This document shows, piece by piece, positions 19,971-34,509 of a DNA stretch of 64,000 bases. A model generated the notes under the pieces. It searched no databases, was not told where the DNA came from, and worked only from the letters and a program-made list of their open reading frames with translations. A program made the position numbers and the translations under genes. Where the stretch lies: assembly GCF_056746865.1 (NCBI RefSeq), contig NZ_CM163382.1; one strand, written 5' to 3'. Each line of letters starts with the position of its first letter. Positions within the stretch are counted from its first letter, which is position 1.

Positions 19971-20696
19971 TTACTCTTTCGGGTCTTTTCCGGCCAGCAG
20001 TTTATCCAGCTCATCACCGCCTACATGACGGAAATCCTGCCCCTTCACGTAGTAGAAGATAAACTCACAAATATTCTGGCAGCGGTCGCCGATACGTTCG
20101 ATTGAACGCGCACAGAATAGCGCGGTAAGTACGCTCGGAATGGTGCGCGAATCTTCCATCATGTAGGTCATCAGTTGACGAACAATACCTTCGTACTCCT
20201 GATCGACTTTTTTATCTTCACGATAAATACGTACCGCTTCGTCAATGTCCATCCGCGCGAACGCGTCCAGCACGTCGTGCAGCATCTGGATGGTATGACG
20301 GCCCAGCGACTCCAGACTTACCAGCAACGGCTGATGCTGCTGGGAGAATTTCTCCAGCGCAGTACGGCAGATTTTGTCCGCCACGTCGCCAATACGCTCC
20401 AGCTCGGCAATGGTTTTACTGATCACCATAACCAGACGCAGGTCGCTCGCCGTCGGCTGACGTTTGGCGATAATGCGCACGCAGGCTTCATCGATCGCCA
20501 CTTCCATCATGTTGACGTTCTTGTCGCCTTCGATGACGCGCTTCGCCAGATCGCTGTCCTGGTTATGCATCGCGGTGATTGCATCAGAAAGCTGCTGCTC
20601 CACCATGCCGCCCATGGTCATCACCTGCGTGCGGATGCTTTCCAGTTCGGCGTTGAACTGGCCGGAAATATGTTTATTAAGATTGAGACTGTCCAT
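19971..20696 (-). CDS. phoU: Phosphate signalling regulator PhoU
   Basis: Translation from [24 protein letters not shown]... matches K-12 PhoU (241 aa). The track ORF starts 6 codons earlier. Confidence 0.95.
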   Translation of the reverse strand: MDSLNLNKHISGQFNAELESIRTQVMTMGGMVEQQLSDAITAMHNQDSDLAKRVIEGDKNVNMMEVAIDEACVRIIAKRQPTASDLRLVMVISKTIAELERIGDVADKICRTALEKFSQQHQPLLVSLESLGRHTIQMLHDVLDAFARMDIDEAVRIYREDKKVDQEYEGIVRQLMTYMMEDSRTIPSVLTALFCARSIERIGDRCQNICEFIFYYVKGQDFRHVGGDELDKLLAGKDPKE

Positions 20697-20710
20697 AACG
20701 CACTCCTGAA

Positions 20711-21523
<813 letters not shown>

Positions 21524-21574
21524 TCAGGCTTACCGTAGGCCGGATCAGGCGTTCACGCCGCATCCGGCGAAGTG

Positions 21575-23427
<1,853 letters not shown>

Positions 23428-23511
23428 TTACTCTTCAGTTAAACGCGTTTACAAAGTCATTTTGTAATGCCGGATGCGGCGTAAAAAATACCGTACCCGG
23501 CCTGAGTTTTA

Positions 23512-24570
<1,059 letters not shown>

Positions 24571-24629
24571 TCATAAAGCATTGTTTGTTGGCTACGAGAA
24601 GCAAAATAGGACAAACAGGTGACAGTTAT

Positions 24630-24660
24630 ATGTAAGGTTTATGACAGTTTTATGACAAAT
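24630..24660 (-). promoter_or_regulatory. PhoB-binding Pho box(es) of the pstS promoter
   Basis: The minus strand reads ctgtcataaaactgtcataaaccttacatataactgtcac, matching the Pho-box consensus CTGTCATA(A/T)A(A/T)CTGTCA(C/T) about 80-100 bp upstream of the pstS start. Confidence 0.8.
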
Positions 24661-24799
24661 CAGAATTATTAATTAACTTTTTGATTTTATTGACTAAGAA
24701 AAAGAAAAGTAGTGTCATCTTTTTGTCATGCAAAGTGAAAACTCGCGGACAAAAATGCGTAAGATGACAACGGTGTGAGGAACACCGCGGTCAGTTCGT

Positions 24800-25870
24800 T
24801 TAGCGTACAATCTCAATTGTTATCGTTGCAGTCGCGGTAAATGTTCCTGGCGCGGGGCGAGCCCCCGTGAGGCTTGCAGGAGCAGCAGAAAAAGTGACGC
24901 TACCGGCTTTTTCACCAAAGACGTTTGATTTACCCATATCTGTCGGTAGTTCACCACCGTTAACGTTGATTTCCTTATTATTTTTATCATAAATTTTTAT
25001 CCCAACGTTCGGGTTTGATGTCACGACCATTGAGTTGTCAGTACTGGGTTCGGTAGCATAAAAAGAGGTACTGATATCATCAGTATTTAGTATTCCTAAA
25101 TTTTCACACTCAATGGTGACGGTTTTGGTAATTTTATGCGTTGTCACGGTACTTCCAGCTACCGAAGAAAAATCTGCTGCAGGAATTTCTTTAAAATCAA
25201 AATTAATGGGTCTTAAACTGTTAATTTCACAGCTTTGCGGTGCAGTGATATCGCCACGAATATAAACATCGGCCATAGGTTGTGAGTAATCAACCGGAGT
25301 GTCACGGCTTATAGTTCCGTACAATTTTGCCACGAGAGTTTCAGGGACAATTAACTTTCCAGCAAAAGTCTTCTTAATATAAAAATAAATTATTGCTTTT
25401 GCACCACTGGAAATACTTAATGGGTCCGTGCGACTACATTTATATGAACCTCCAGTAGGCCTGTTAGCATGGTATTCAAAAGGTGCATTAATGTATCCTA
25501 CACCGAGAAGGTCTATCGATATTCCAACATCCAGATTAGGATTCAAATTAAAGTAGTTTACATTAGAACGAACACCCGCATAACTTAAGGCCTCGTTTAT
25601 TCTCGCTGTATAGTAAATATAAGGAAACTCCCCCACTTTCCCTGTATCACAATGGCAGTGAGCAGGATAAGAGTCCCCATTTGTCACGGTTTTATTAAAG
25701 GTCTCTCCCACTCTGTTCTCGTCTGCCGTAATCAGATAGCCGGAAAAATCAAGTGTGCTATGAAAGGCCCCATTATCTGAGGTGCAGATACCTTTTGGGG
25801 CCGCAAATGTTGCACCACTAAAGGAGAAGATAAAAACAGTCAAGCACCACTGTATAATATACTTGTTCAT
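24800..25870 (-). CDS. Fimbrial tip adhesin-like subunit of a chaperone-usher operon (LpfD-like)
   Basis: 356-aa secreted protein (signal peptide MNKYIIQWCLTVFIFSFSGATFA) and last gene of a subunit-chaperone-usher-adhesin cluster. The two-domain size is typical of tip adhesins. Confidence 0.7.
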   Translation of the reverse strand: MNKYIIQWCLTVFIFSFSGATFAAPKGICTSDNGAFHSTLDFSGYLITADENRVGETFNKTVTNGDSYPAHCHCDTGKVGEFPYIYYTARINEALSYAGVRSNVNYFNLNPNLDVGISIDLLGVGYINAPFEYHANRPTGGSYKCSRTDPLSISSGAKAIIYFYIKKTFAGKLIVPETLVAKLYGTISRDTPVDYSQPMADVYIRGDITAPQSCEINSLRPINFDFKEIPAADFSSVAGSTVTTHKITKTVTIECENLGILNTDDISTSFYATEPSTDNSMVVTSNPNVGIKIYDKNNKEINVNGGELPTDMGKSNVFGEKAGSVTFSAAPASLTGARPAPGTFTATATITIEIVR

Positions 25871-25880
25871 AAAAATCCTT

Positions 25881-28403
25881 TTAATGACATGTCACACCTT
25901 GTTCAATTAAGCCGCTTTCACTTTCTGGTATTGAAAGTGAATAATCGAAGGTGCATGTAGTGGCGGCATTTTCCCCCCAGGAGAGCATCACTTGCCCCTT
26001 TTCAGGAAGGCCGGAGAGATAAAGCTCCCCCAGGTCACCGACAATCCCTGAATCAGCAGAGCTTGTATTTTGTACGGCAGCAATAGCGCCAAAAGGTGCT
26101 GGCTTACCTTTTGCATTCACCACTTTGAAGAGTACGCGATAGCCCACGTGGGTAACAAATTCTGCTTTAACCACCGCGCCACGGGTGGGAACCATCGTAA
26201 CGACGGTATTATCAAGTTCTATATTCGACTTCGAGAAATAGTTATCGCTGATTGCTACCCGGTTTTCATCATAAGGGTTTAGCTGTGTCTTGACCGTATA
26301 ACCACGCCAGTCCGTCGCAGCACCACGCATATTGTCTATTTCTAACCCGGCAGCCCCTGGTGCTTTAACAAGAGCTATGGTTTCACCCAACTCCTGGCTT
26401 AACGTTACGCCTTCGCTGTGAGCCAGAATTCCCCCTCTGATACCATAATTCAGCCTCTGAGAATTTTGGCTGTAGTTATAGCTGCCGTTCACCGTGCCAT
26501 AAGTGCCATCATAGGTCAGGGACATATTACCGCCAACCTCATCATCATGGCTGTTATAGGACTGCATTAAATTCCAGGAAAGGTTATTTCTTTCCAGCGC
26601 CGTACCGCTGAGTCCAAGTTGATGTGAGCTACCGGAATTATCGTTTTGCGATACAGAATAGGTGGCGTAACTATTCCCCCACCAGCCCGATAAAGGAACA
26701 GATAAAGAGAGCATGTAGATCTGCTCACTGGTGTTATCACTGGCATTGTTGTTCCCCGTCCCCTGCCGGGCAGTATTGGAATAACTCCAGGAGACGTTCC
26801 ACGAGAGACGCTTCCAGCTACTGCTGTAGCCAAATTGCATTAATCGTTCAACATCATCGGTATGCCAGTACTGCTGGCGACTTAATGTCAGATATAAGTT
26901 GCCATAATCTCTGCCCAGTGATTGCGTTAACGTTCCTTCCACACGGCTGCGGCGGTTACCGGTTTCCCAGAAATCTTCAGGATTATTACGCCGGGACGCC
27001 CATTCATTGAGGGTATAATAACCTTCGGTGGAGTAACGATAGCCAACCAGGCGCAAGCTGGTATCCGTATCGTCAAAGCGTTTCGAGTACAGGAAGCGAT
27101 AAGACTGACCGGTTTCCGTATCATCATGGCTAAATTTCGCGCGAGCATGTGTCACATCGAAAGAAATTGCGCCCAATGCGCCAAGATCTTTACCGACACC
27201 CAAAGCGGCAGAACCATACTTTTCAGCAGCCTGCATACCTCCATATAAGGTGAAACCGTAGGGAAAACCATGAAGGATCTGAGCCTGAATAACGTCAGGG
27301 GTAAAGCCATCTTCATCGCGTAATTCTCCCACACTGACATCAACATCAGTTTGACCTTCACGTTTGAGGATGGCTAACGACGCATAAGGTTGAGTAAATC
27401 GTTGTTCGCTACCGTCTTCTTCTTTGATGGTTACGTCCAGATCACCACCTGTACTGGCGGTGTTGAGATCGGTAATTTCAAAAGCACCTTGTGGAACGGC
27501 TGACTGATAAATCACGTAGCCATTCTGGCGAATAATGACAGTGGCGTTAGACTTTGCAATCCCACGCACTACGGGGGCAAATCCGTTTTGGCTGGCAGGC
27601 AACATATCGTTATCGGTATACAAGCGTGCGCCACGAATTTGCGTACTGTCGAAGATATCGCTCGCCGTCCACGTATCACCTATCATAATCTGGCTTCTTA
27701 ACGCAGCTATATCACGTTGTATCCAGGTGCTTATAGAGTTGTATTCTGCACTGCCATCGGTCGTATTTAAGGTGCTGTAATTGCGTAATCGCCACGGCCC
27801 AATATTCAGTCCATTGCGCAGATTGAGATAACTGGTATCTGTCTCTTGTGAACCATAATCCGAACGTAGAGTATGTGAACCAGAAAAATCGTAGTTGATG
27901 GTGAGCGCGTTAATCCCCTCATCCCAACGCGAGGGGCTGATGTAATCATAAGCCATCGCATCCATATAGATTTGGGGAATGGAGATATTCAGTTGCAGTT
28001 TATCGCTGTCGAACTGCCATGATGAGCCTTCAATGCGTGGCCCAGGATCAATACAGACTGTTTCATCTACATCATTGAGCGATTTCAGCGCATCAACTTT
28101 TACGCCAAAGGTGGTTAGCGTTTTTTTAATAGCGACAAAGCAGGCGTGTAAATCAGCATCGGGATTATCCTGAACAAAGGTCACATCCTGACGTTCAAAC
28201 ATTTTACCGTTGATAAAAATATCAACGCTATAAACACCTGGGGGCATCAGGTTTGCCCGATTAAACTGGCGAATATCGACTCCGGATTGATGGTCGATTT
28301 CCAGAAGCGCCGGATTGAATACACTGACCTCGGCCATCAGGCTTTGCGAGAAAATCAGACACGTCCCTGCCGTGAGGCCAACCTTTATTCTGGTCGTCAT
28401 CAT
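25881..28403 (-). CDS. Fimbrial outer-membrane usher (LpfC/FimD-like)
   Basis: 840-aa ORF with N-terminal signal sequence and the FNPALLEID motif. Size and position match a chaperone-usher-pathway usher. Confidence 0.88.
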   Translation of the reverse strand: MMTTRIKVGLTAGTCLIFSQSLMAEVSVFNPALLEIDHQSGVDIRQFNRANLMPPGVYSVDIFINGKMFERQDVTFVQDNPDADLHACFVAIKKTLTTFGVKVDALKSLNDVDETVCIDPGPRIEGSSWQFDSDKLQLNISIPQIYMDAMAYDYISPSRWDEGINALTINYDFSGSHTLRSDYGSQETDTSYLNLRNGLNIGPWRLRNYSTLNTTDGSAEYNSISTWIQRDIAALRSQIMIGDTWTASDIFDSTQIRGARLYTDNDMLPASQNGFAPVVRGIAKSNATVIIRQNGYVIYQSAVPQGAFEITDLNTASTGGDLDVTIKEEDGSEQRFTQPYASLAILKREGQTDVDVSVGELRDEDGFTPDVIQAQILHGFPYGFTLYGGMQAAEKYGSAALGVGKDLGALGAISFDVTHARAKFSHDDTETGQSYRFLYSKRFDDTDTSLRLVGYRYSTEGYYTLNEWASRRNNPEDFWETGNRRSRVEGTLTQSLGRDYGNLYLTLSRQQYWHTDDVERLMQFGYSSSWKRLSWNVSWSYSNTARQGTGNNNASDNTSEQIYMLSLSVPLSGWWGNSYATYSVSQNDNSGSSHQLGLSGTALERNNLSWNLMQSYNSHDDEVGGNMSLTYDGTYGTVNGSYNYSQNSQRLNYGIRGGILAHSEGVTLSQELGETIALVKAPGAAGLEIDNMRGAATDWRGYTVKTQLNPYDENRVAISDNYFSKSNIELDNTVVTMVPTRGAVVKAEFVTHVGYRVLFKVVNAKGKPAPFGAIAAVQNTSSADSGIVGDLGELYLSGLPEKGQVMLSWGENAATTCTFDYSLSIPESESGLIEQGVTCH

Positions 28404-28427
28404 AATACGCCTATCCTTTTCCCTTGC

Positions 28428-29159
28428 TTACAGCGTCATTTTTATCGGGTCACTGACTGCGCCGTAATCATTAATAAATCGCCAGATCATTTGGCCTCCC
28501 GCAGAATTAGCAGGTAAAGGTAACGTGAGCGTTTCAAAAGGACGGATCATGTTGAGGGGCACATCATGACCATCAACGATGACATCCATCACACTGATAT
28601 GAATCGGGTTGGGATTCTCTACAATCAGGTTTCGCCCTTCCCGGTGCCACTTCACCTTCGGTGCAGCATCTTCGGGAATCAGGCGAATGCTTGCCGGTCG
28701 CCAGAACAGCTTGATACGCGTTTTAACTGCGATTTCCAGTGAGTTCGCCGCTTTGTTGCTCGCAGAGGGCGGAATATTTTTAATATTCAGCCAGAAGACT
28801 GACTCGCGATCATCAGGCAATGACACACCTTTGGTATGAATAATGCGTAATACTTTTTCTTGCGCGGGTTCTAATCGTGATACCGGAGGAATAACGGTAA
28901 ACGGTGCTTTGCTTTTATCCTCTTTATTAAACGGATCTACCCATGCCTGGATGAGATAAGGAATTTTTTCTTCCTTGCTAAATACAGAAATAGATTTATC
29001 TGGGTTATTACTTAAGTAAACTACCCGTGTACCACCAATGACAACGCCTGCATAGGTTAATGCTGGTTGGACTAAAAAAACACTGAGTATAATCGCGGTA
29101 AATAACTTACATGAAACGGTTGTTTTAAAGAGCCTGATTAAACAACTTTTTCTGGACAT
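28428..29159 (-). CDS. Periplasmic fimbrial chaperone (PapD/FimC-like)
   Basis: 243-aa ORF with signal peptide and chaperone-like motifs (VVIGGTRVVY; NPxxxP-like region). It sits between the major subunit and the usher. Confidence 0.85.
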   Translation of the reverse strand: MSRKSCLIRLFKTTVSCKLFTAIILSVFLVQPALTYAGVVIGGTRVVYLSNNPDKSISVFSKEEKIPYLIQAWVDPFNKEDKSKAPFTVIPPVSRLEPAQEKVLRIIHTKGVSLPDDRESVFWLNIKNIPPSASNKAANSLEIAVKTRIKLFWRPASIRLIPEDAAPKVKWHREGRNLIVENPNPIHISVMDVIVDGHDVPLNMIRPFETLTLPLPANSAGGQMIWRFINDYGAVSDPIKMTL

Positions 29160-29206
29160 AACGACTCCCTGGCCAAAGCCAACTGAATAAAAAGGCCCTT
29201 GATAAA

Positions 29207-29779
29207 TTATTTCTTATATTCGACAGTAAATTGTGAATCGGCGTTCGCCGTACCCGCCGTTACAGTTGCATTGGTTGCCACATAGCGTGCAATAAACTTC
29301 ATTTCAGCCTTGCCTTCAGCGTCGATAGCGGTATAGGCAGAATCGTTATAAAGTTTAACCTGCGAGTTATCTGACTGGTTAAAAATACGAATACCGACAC
29401 CCGTTGCCGCAATCGCTTGTCCTGTACCGGTAAAATCGCCAGGGTTGCCCGCTGTAAGCGGCGTACCCACTTTCAGGTCGCCGTCGCCGCCAGGCGCTTC
29501 TGTACCATCAAAACGAACGGCTGCCTGAGTGTAGGTTGCCGGGCACTTTTCAAGTTTAATACTGAACTGCTGTGGTGACGCCAGACTACCTACACCTGAA
29601 AAAGCATTTTTACTGACTTTACCCAGTGGTACGGTTTGATCGGCTGTATCGGAGGTAACTTCACAAGTAGTGTCGACAATTTCACCGACGAAGTGAACAA
29701 CACCATCTTCTGCCAGTGCATGTCCGGCCAGCATTAAAGATGCCAGAGTGAATGCACCGCCTATAATATTACGCTTCAT
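29207..29779 (-). CDS. Major fimbrial subunit (type 1 / Lpf-like pilin)
   Basis: 190-aa ORF with signal peptide (MKRNIIGGAFTLASLMLAGHALA), a conserved Cys pair and a C-terminal beta-strand motif (FTVEYKK) typical of chaperone-usher pilins. First gene of the cluster, with an AT-rich region upstream. Confidence 0.85.
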   Translation of the reverse strand: MKRNIIGGAFTLASLMLAGHALAEDGVVHFVGEIVDTTCEVTSDTADQTVPLGKVSKNAFSGVGSLASPQQFSIKLEKCPATYTQAAVRFDGTEAPGGDGDLKVGTPLTAGNPGDFTGTGQAIAATGVGIRIFNQSDNSQVKLYNDSAYTAIDAEGKAEMKFIARYVATNATVTAGTANADSQFTVEYKK

Positions 29780-29999
29780 AAAAACTCCATTGATATAATA
29801 TATCCTTTACCATGAATCATCACTTATATTAATAAGTGTATTTTTGATCCAAAGGAATAGTACACCAAAGAGACAACTTTATCTAAAAATAATATTAATT
29901 ACTCAATCTTAAATATAAATTTATTATTTAAATATTATTAAAACAGCAAGAAATCAAGTTTATTATCAGACATTAGCAATAATTCAGAATATATTTATA

Positions 30000-30750
30000 T
30001 CAATGGGCATATGAATAATGGAATTATTGATATCACTTATAATAAATATCCTCCGGCATAGCCGGAGGTTTTTCAAATGCGCCTATAAGGCTCTCTTACC
30101 AGCCGCGCCCTAACAGGCGCACACGATCTGACATTTGCATCCAACTTCGTTACTTACGGCCCGTAAACGGGCTGCCCGGATAGGGAATCGATAACTGCTC
30201 TCCCATTTTATCCTCTTCAAGCTGGTGCTTTATGTAATCCTGTATCTTCGCCGTGTTCTTACCCACTGTATCGACGTAGTACCCTCTGCACCAGAACTCC
30301 CTGTTCCTGTATTTGAATTTCAAATCACCAAACTGCTCGTAAAGCATCAGACTGCTTTTCCCTTTCAGATATCCCATAAACCCGGATACGCTCATTTTAG
30401 GCGGGATCTCCACAAGCATATGGATATGATCTGCACAGCATTCAGCTTCCAGAATCCGTACGCTTTTCCACTCACACAGCTTTCTCAAAATACTGCCTAT
30501 TGCTCTACGCTTCTCTCTGTAGAACACCTGTCTTCGGTATTTTGGCGCAAAAACTATGTGATATTTACAGTTCCATCGGGTGTGCGCTAAGCTCTTTTCG
30601 TTCCCCATTGGGACCCCCTTTTGATTTCTTGTTTGACACTTGCAGTTGCCAGACCGCAAGGTGTTTTAACAAATCAAAAGGGGTTTTAATAACTGGCTCA
30701 AAGCTGAAAGCTTTCCGGAACCCCCAGCCTAGCTGGGGGTTTTCTGTGCA
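30000..30750 (-). mobile_element. IS200/IS605-family insertion element (single tnpA); boundaries approximate
   Basis: Contains an IS200-type HUH transposase ORF flanked by sub-terminal hairpins (cctccggcatagccggagg at about 30050; cccccagcctagctggggg at about 30722). Exact ends were not determined. Confidence 0.6.
30150..30608 (-). CDS. tnpA: IS200-type transposase TnpA (HUH, Y1 family)
   Basis: MGNEKSLAHTRWNCKYHIVFAPKYRRQVFY...ADHIHMLVEIPPK... carries the HUH motif (HIH) and the conserved IS200 TnpA N-terminus. The track ORF starts 17 codons earlier at 30659. Confidence 0.88.
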   Translation of the reverse strand: MGNEKSLAHTRWNCKYHIVFAPKYRRQVFYREKRRAIGSILRKLCEWKSVRILEAECCADHIHMLVEIPPKMSVSGFMGYLKGKSSLMLYEQFGDLKFKYRNREFWCRGYYVDTVGKNTAKIQDYIKHQLEEDKMGEQLSIPYPGSPFTGRK

Positions 30751-30759
30751 CAAAAAAGG

Positions 30760-30792
30760 GCCGCCGGTCGGCAGCCCTTTTCTATCAACGAG
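30760..30792 (-). terminator. glmS rho-independent terminator
   Basis: Minus strand reads aaaagggctgccgaccggcggccctttttt immediately after the glmS stop. Confidence 0.75.
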
Positions 30793-30797
30793 AGATA

Positions 30798-32627
30798 TTA
30801 CTCAACCGTAACCGATTTCGCCAGGTTACGCGGCTGGTCAACGTCGGTGCCTTTGATCAGCGCAACGTGGTAAGCCAGCAGTTGCAGCGGAACGGTGTAG
30901 AAGATCGGTGCAATAACCTCTTCCACATGCGGCATCTCGATGATGTGCATGTTATCGCTACTTACAAAACCCGCATCCTGATCGGCGAAGACATACAACT
31001 GACCGCCACGCGCGCGAACTTCTTCAATGTTGGATTTCAGTTTTTCCAGCAATTCGTTGTTCGGTGCAACGACGATAACCGGCATATCGGCATCAATCAG
31101 CGCCAGCGGACCGTGTTTCAGTTCGCCTGCAGCGTAGGCTTCAGCGTGAATGTAAGAGATCTCTTTCAGCTTCAATGCGCCTTCCAGCGCGATTGGGTAC
31201 TGATCGCCACGGCCCAGGAACAGCGCGTGATGTTTGTCAGAGAAATCTTCTGCCAGTGCTTCAATGCGTTTGTCCTGAGACAGCATCTGCTCAATACGGC
31301 TCGGCAGCGCCTGCAGACCATGCACGATGTCATGTTCAATGGAGGCATCCAGACCTTTCAGGCGAGACAGCTTCGCCACCAGCATCAACAGCACAGTTAA
31401 CTGAGTGGTGAATGCTTTAGTGGACGCCACGCCAATTTCCGTACCGGCATTGGTCATCAGCGCCAGATCGGATTCGCGCACCAGAGAAGAACCCGGAACG
31501 TTACAGATTGCCAGCGAACCAAGGTAACCCAGCTCTTTCGACAGACGCAGGCCCGCCAGGGTATCCGCGGTTTCGCCAGACTGTGACAAGGTGATCATCA
31601 GGCTGTTACGGCGCACGGCAGATTTGCGATAGCGGAATTCAGAGGCGATTTCGACGTCGCACGGAATACCTGCCAGCGATTCAAACCAGTAGCGGGAAAC
31701 CATACCGGAGTTATAAGAAGTACCACAGGCGAGGATCTGAATATGCTCAACCTTCGACAGCAGTTCGTCGGCGTTCGGTCCCAGCTCGCTTAAATCAACC
31801 TGACCGTGGCTGATGCGCCCGGTAAGGGTGTTTTTGATCGCGTTCGGTTGTTCGTAGATCTCTTTCTGCATGTAGTGGCGGTAAATACCTTTATCACCCG
31901 CGTCATATTGCAGATTGGATTCGATATCCTGACGTTTTACTTCCGCGCCAGTTTTATCGAAGATGTTTACCGAACGGCGAGTGATTTCCGCAATATCGCC
32001 CTCTTCAAGGAAGATAAAGCGACGAGTCACTGGCAACAGCGCCAGCTGGTCAGAAGCGATAAAGTTTTCGCCCATGCCCAGGCCAATCACCAGCGGGCTA
32101 CCAGAACGTGCCGCCAGCAGGGTATCCGGGTGACGGGAGTCCATGATCACTGTACCGTACGCACCACGCAGTTGCGGGATAGCACGCAGAACAGCCTCAC
32201 GCAGAGTACCGCCTTGTTTCAGCTCCCAGTTCACCAGATGGGCAATCACTTCGGTGTCGGTTTCAGAAACGAAGGTATAGCCACGCGCTTTTAACTCTTC
32301 ACGCAGCGGTTCATGGTTTTCGATGATGCCGTTATGCACCACCACAATGTGTTCAGAAACATGCGGATGCGCGTTAGCTTCTGAAGGTTCACCGTGGGTC
32401 GCCCAGCGAGTATGAGCAATACCGGTGCCGCCATGCAGAGGATGTTCTTCCGCTGCCTGAGCCAGCATCTGGACTTTACCGAGGCGACGCAGGCGGGTCA
32501 TATGACCTTCTGCATCAACAACGGCCAGACCGGCAGAGTCATATCCGCGGTATTCAAGACGACGTAAACCTTCAAGAAGGATTTCTGCTACATCACGTTG
32601 CGCGATCGCGCCAACAATTCCACACAT
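30798..32627 (-). CDS. glmS: Glutamine--fructose-6-phosphate aminotransferase GlmS
   Basis: 609 aa with N-terminal MCGIVGA (catalytic Cys2) and C-terminal ...LAKSVTVE. Confidence 0.96.
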   Translation of the reverse strand: MCGIVGAIAQRDVAEILLEGLRRLEYRGYDSAGLAVVDAEGHMTRLRRLGKVQMLAQAAEEHPLHGGTGIAHTRWATHGEPSEANAHPHVSEHIVVVHNGIIENHEPLREELKARGYTFVSETDTEVIAHLVNWELKQGGTLREAVLRAIPQLRGAYGTVIMDSRHPDTLLAARSGSPLVIGLGMGENFIASDQLALLPVTRRFIFLEEGDIAEITRRSVNIFDKTGAEVKRQDIESNLQYDAGDKGIYRHYMQKEIYEQPNAIKNTLTGRISHGQVDLSELGPNADELLSKVEHIQILACGTSYNSGMVSRYWFESLAGIPCDVEIASEFRYRKSAVRRNSLMITLSQSGETADTLAGLRLSKELGYLGSLAICNVPGSSLVRESDLALMTNAGTEIGVASTKAFTTQLTVLLMLVAKLSRLKGLDASIEHDIVHGLQALPSRIEQMLSQDKRIEALAEDFSDKHHALFLGRGDQYPIALEGALKLKEISYIHAEAYAAGELKHGPLALIDADMPVIVVAPNNELLEKLKSNIEEVRARGGQLYVFADQDAGFVSSDNMHIIEMPHVEEVIAPIFYTVPLQLLAYHVALIKGTDVDQPRNLAKSVTVE

Positions 32628-32788
32628 AGTTTTTGATTCCGATTTATATCGTTGTCGGTCAACCTGTATGCCCGTTTTTTCGGGCGCCCCGAGCCTTGTA
32701 GAGAGTGGGGTTATTTTTATAGTTACTGCTTGTGGGCGGGAGATTATGTTATCTCCTCATCCCATATGACCGGATTTCCCAGCCAGAA

Positions 32789-34159
32789 TTACTTTTTCTT
32801 TACCGGACGACGCCAGCCTTCTTTTTGAGTCTGCGGCACACGGCTGATCGCCAGGGCGTTTTCGCCGACATTACGCGTCACAGTTGTACCCGCAGCAATG
32901 GTCGCGCCTTTGCCTACTGTTACCGGGGCCACCAGCTGAGTGTCGGAACCGACAAACACATCGTCACCGATAATGGTCTTAAATTTATTCGCACCATCGT
33001 AGTTGCAGGTAATGGTTCCCGCGCCGATGTTAACGTTATCGCCAATTTCCGCATCGCCCAGGTAAGTCAGATGACCAGCTTTCGAGCCTTTACCCAGACG
33101 CGCTTTTTTCATCTCAACGAAGTTACCGACGTGTGCACCTTCCAGCAACTCAGCACCAGGACGCAGACGGGCAAACGGGCCAATGGTACAGGCCGCCGCC
33201 AGATTCGCATCTTCCACAACGGTATACGGACTGATTTCGCAATCATCGCCAATCACGCTGTTTTTAATCACGCAACCGGTGCCGATTTTCACGCGATGAC
33301 CGAGAGTCACGTTGCCCTCGATGATAACGTTAGTATCAATTTCAACATCGCGCCCGTGAGTAAGCGTACCGCGCAGATCAAAACGCGCCGGATCGCGCAG
33401 CATAACGCCTGCTAACAGCAGTTTTTCAGCCTGTTCGGACTGGTAAACGCGCTCCAGTCGGGAGAGTTGCAGGCGGTTATTCACGCCTTCTACTTCGCTT
33501 AAACGTTGCGGATGAACGGCGACGATTTCACGCCCTTCCTGATACGCCAGCGCAATAATGTCGGTGATGTAGTATTCACCCTGAGCGTTATTGTTGGTCA
33601 GCTTCGCCAGCCAGCGTTTCATATCTGCGCCGTTGGCAATCAGAATGCCGGTGTTGATCTCCTGAATCTGACGCTGCTCGTCGGTGGCGTCTTTGTGCTC
33701 AACAATGCCGGTAACTTTGCCGTTTTCACGGGTGATACGTCCATAACCGGTCGGATCATCCAGTTTTACCGTCAGCAGACCAATGCCACCCTGCGGTTTA
33801 GCATCACGCAGGCGCTGGAGTGTTTCGACAGAGATCAGCGGCACGTCGCCGTAGAGCATTAAAATGTCTTCATCATCGGCAAAGAAAGGTGCGGCCTGCT
33901 GCATCGCATGACCTGTACCCAGCTGTTCTGCCTGAAGCACCCAGTTCAGGTTGTCATCTTTCAGCGCCTGTTTAAGCAGATCGCCGCCGTGACCGTACAC
34001 CAGGTGAACGTGCGCCGCGCCTAATTCATTCGCAGCATCAATGACATGCTGAACCATCGCTTTCCCGGCAAGGGTATGCAGCACTTTCGGAAGATCGGAA
34101 TACATGCGCGTGCCTTTGCCTGCGGCAAGGATCACTACGCTCATAGCATTATTCAACAT
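32789..34159 (-). CDS. glmU: Bifunctional GlcNAc-1-P uridyltransferase / GlcN-1-P acetyltransferase GlmU
   Basis: 456 aa; N-terminus [28 protein letters not shown] and C-terminal hexapeptide-repeat domain. Confidence 0.95.
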   Translation of the reverse strand: MLNNAMSVVILAAGKGTRMYSDLPKVLHTLAGKAMVQHVIDAANELGAAHVHLVYGHGGDLLKQALKDDNLNWVLQAEQLGTGHAMQQAAPFFADDEDILMLYGDVPLISVETLQRLRDAKPQGGIGLLTVKLDDPTGYGRITRENGKVTGIVEHKDATDEQRQIQEINTGILIANGADMKRWLAKLTNNNAQGEYYITDIIALAYQEGREIVAVHPQRLSEVEGVNNRLQLSRLERVYQSEQAEKLLLAGVMLRDPARFDLRGTLTHGRDVEIDTNVIIEGNVTLGHRVKIGTGCVIKNSVIGDDCEISPYTVVEDANLAAACTIGPFARLRPGAELLEGAHVGNFVEMKKARLGKGSKAGHLTYLGDAEIGDNVNIGAGTITCNYDGANKFKTIIGDDVFVGSDTQLVAPVTVGKGATIAAGTTVTRNVGENALAISRVPQTQKEGWRRPVKKK

Positions 34160-34509
34160 ACGCGTCCTGACTGTAATTTGAGAACGAATTTAAACCGCTT
34201 CACCTTGAAAAAACTACATTTTTTTCATCGTGAAATGGACAGAGGATAAATTGTTCAATAACGGATTATCCCCGCTGACGAAAGCGCCATTTTCGACCAT
34301 CGTCACGCCTTTTGTCTGCAGAAAATTAAGGCAATACCTTCATTTAAGCGTCAGGTGGATGTTTTTGCTCTTATTTCGATCAATGAATAAACGGGAAAAC
34401 AGGGGGTTTTATATCAGCAGGATCTATGTGAACGCTCTTCAGGACGGGGCAACGCGTAAAAAAAAGCCAGCCTGTTTCCAGACTGGCTTTTGTGCTTTTC
34501 AAGCCGGTG

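Noticed and set aside
32732-33415. 227-aa plus-strand ORF antisense to glmU
   Set aside because: It sits entirely inside glmU on the other strand; glmU is clearly the real gene.
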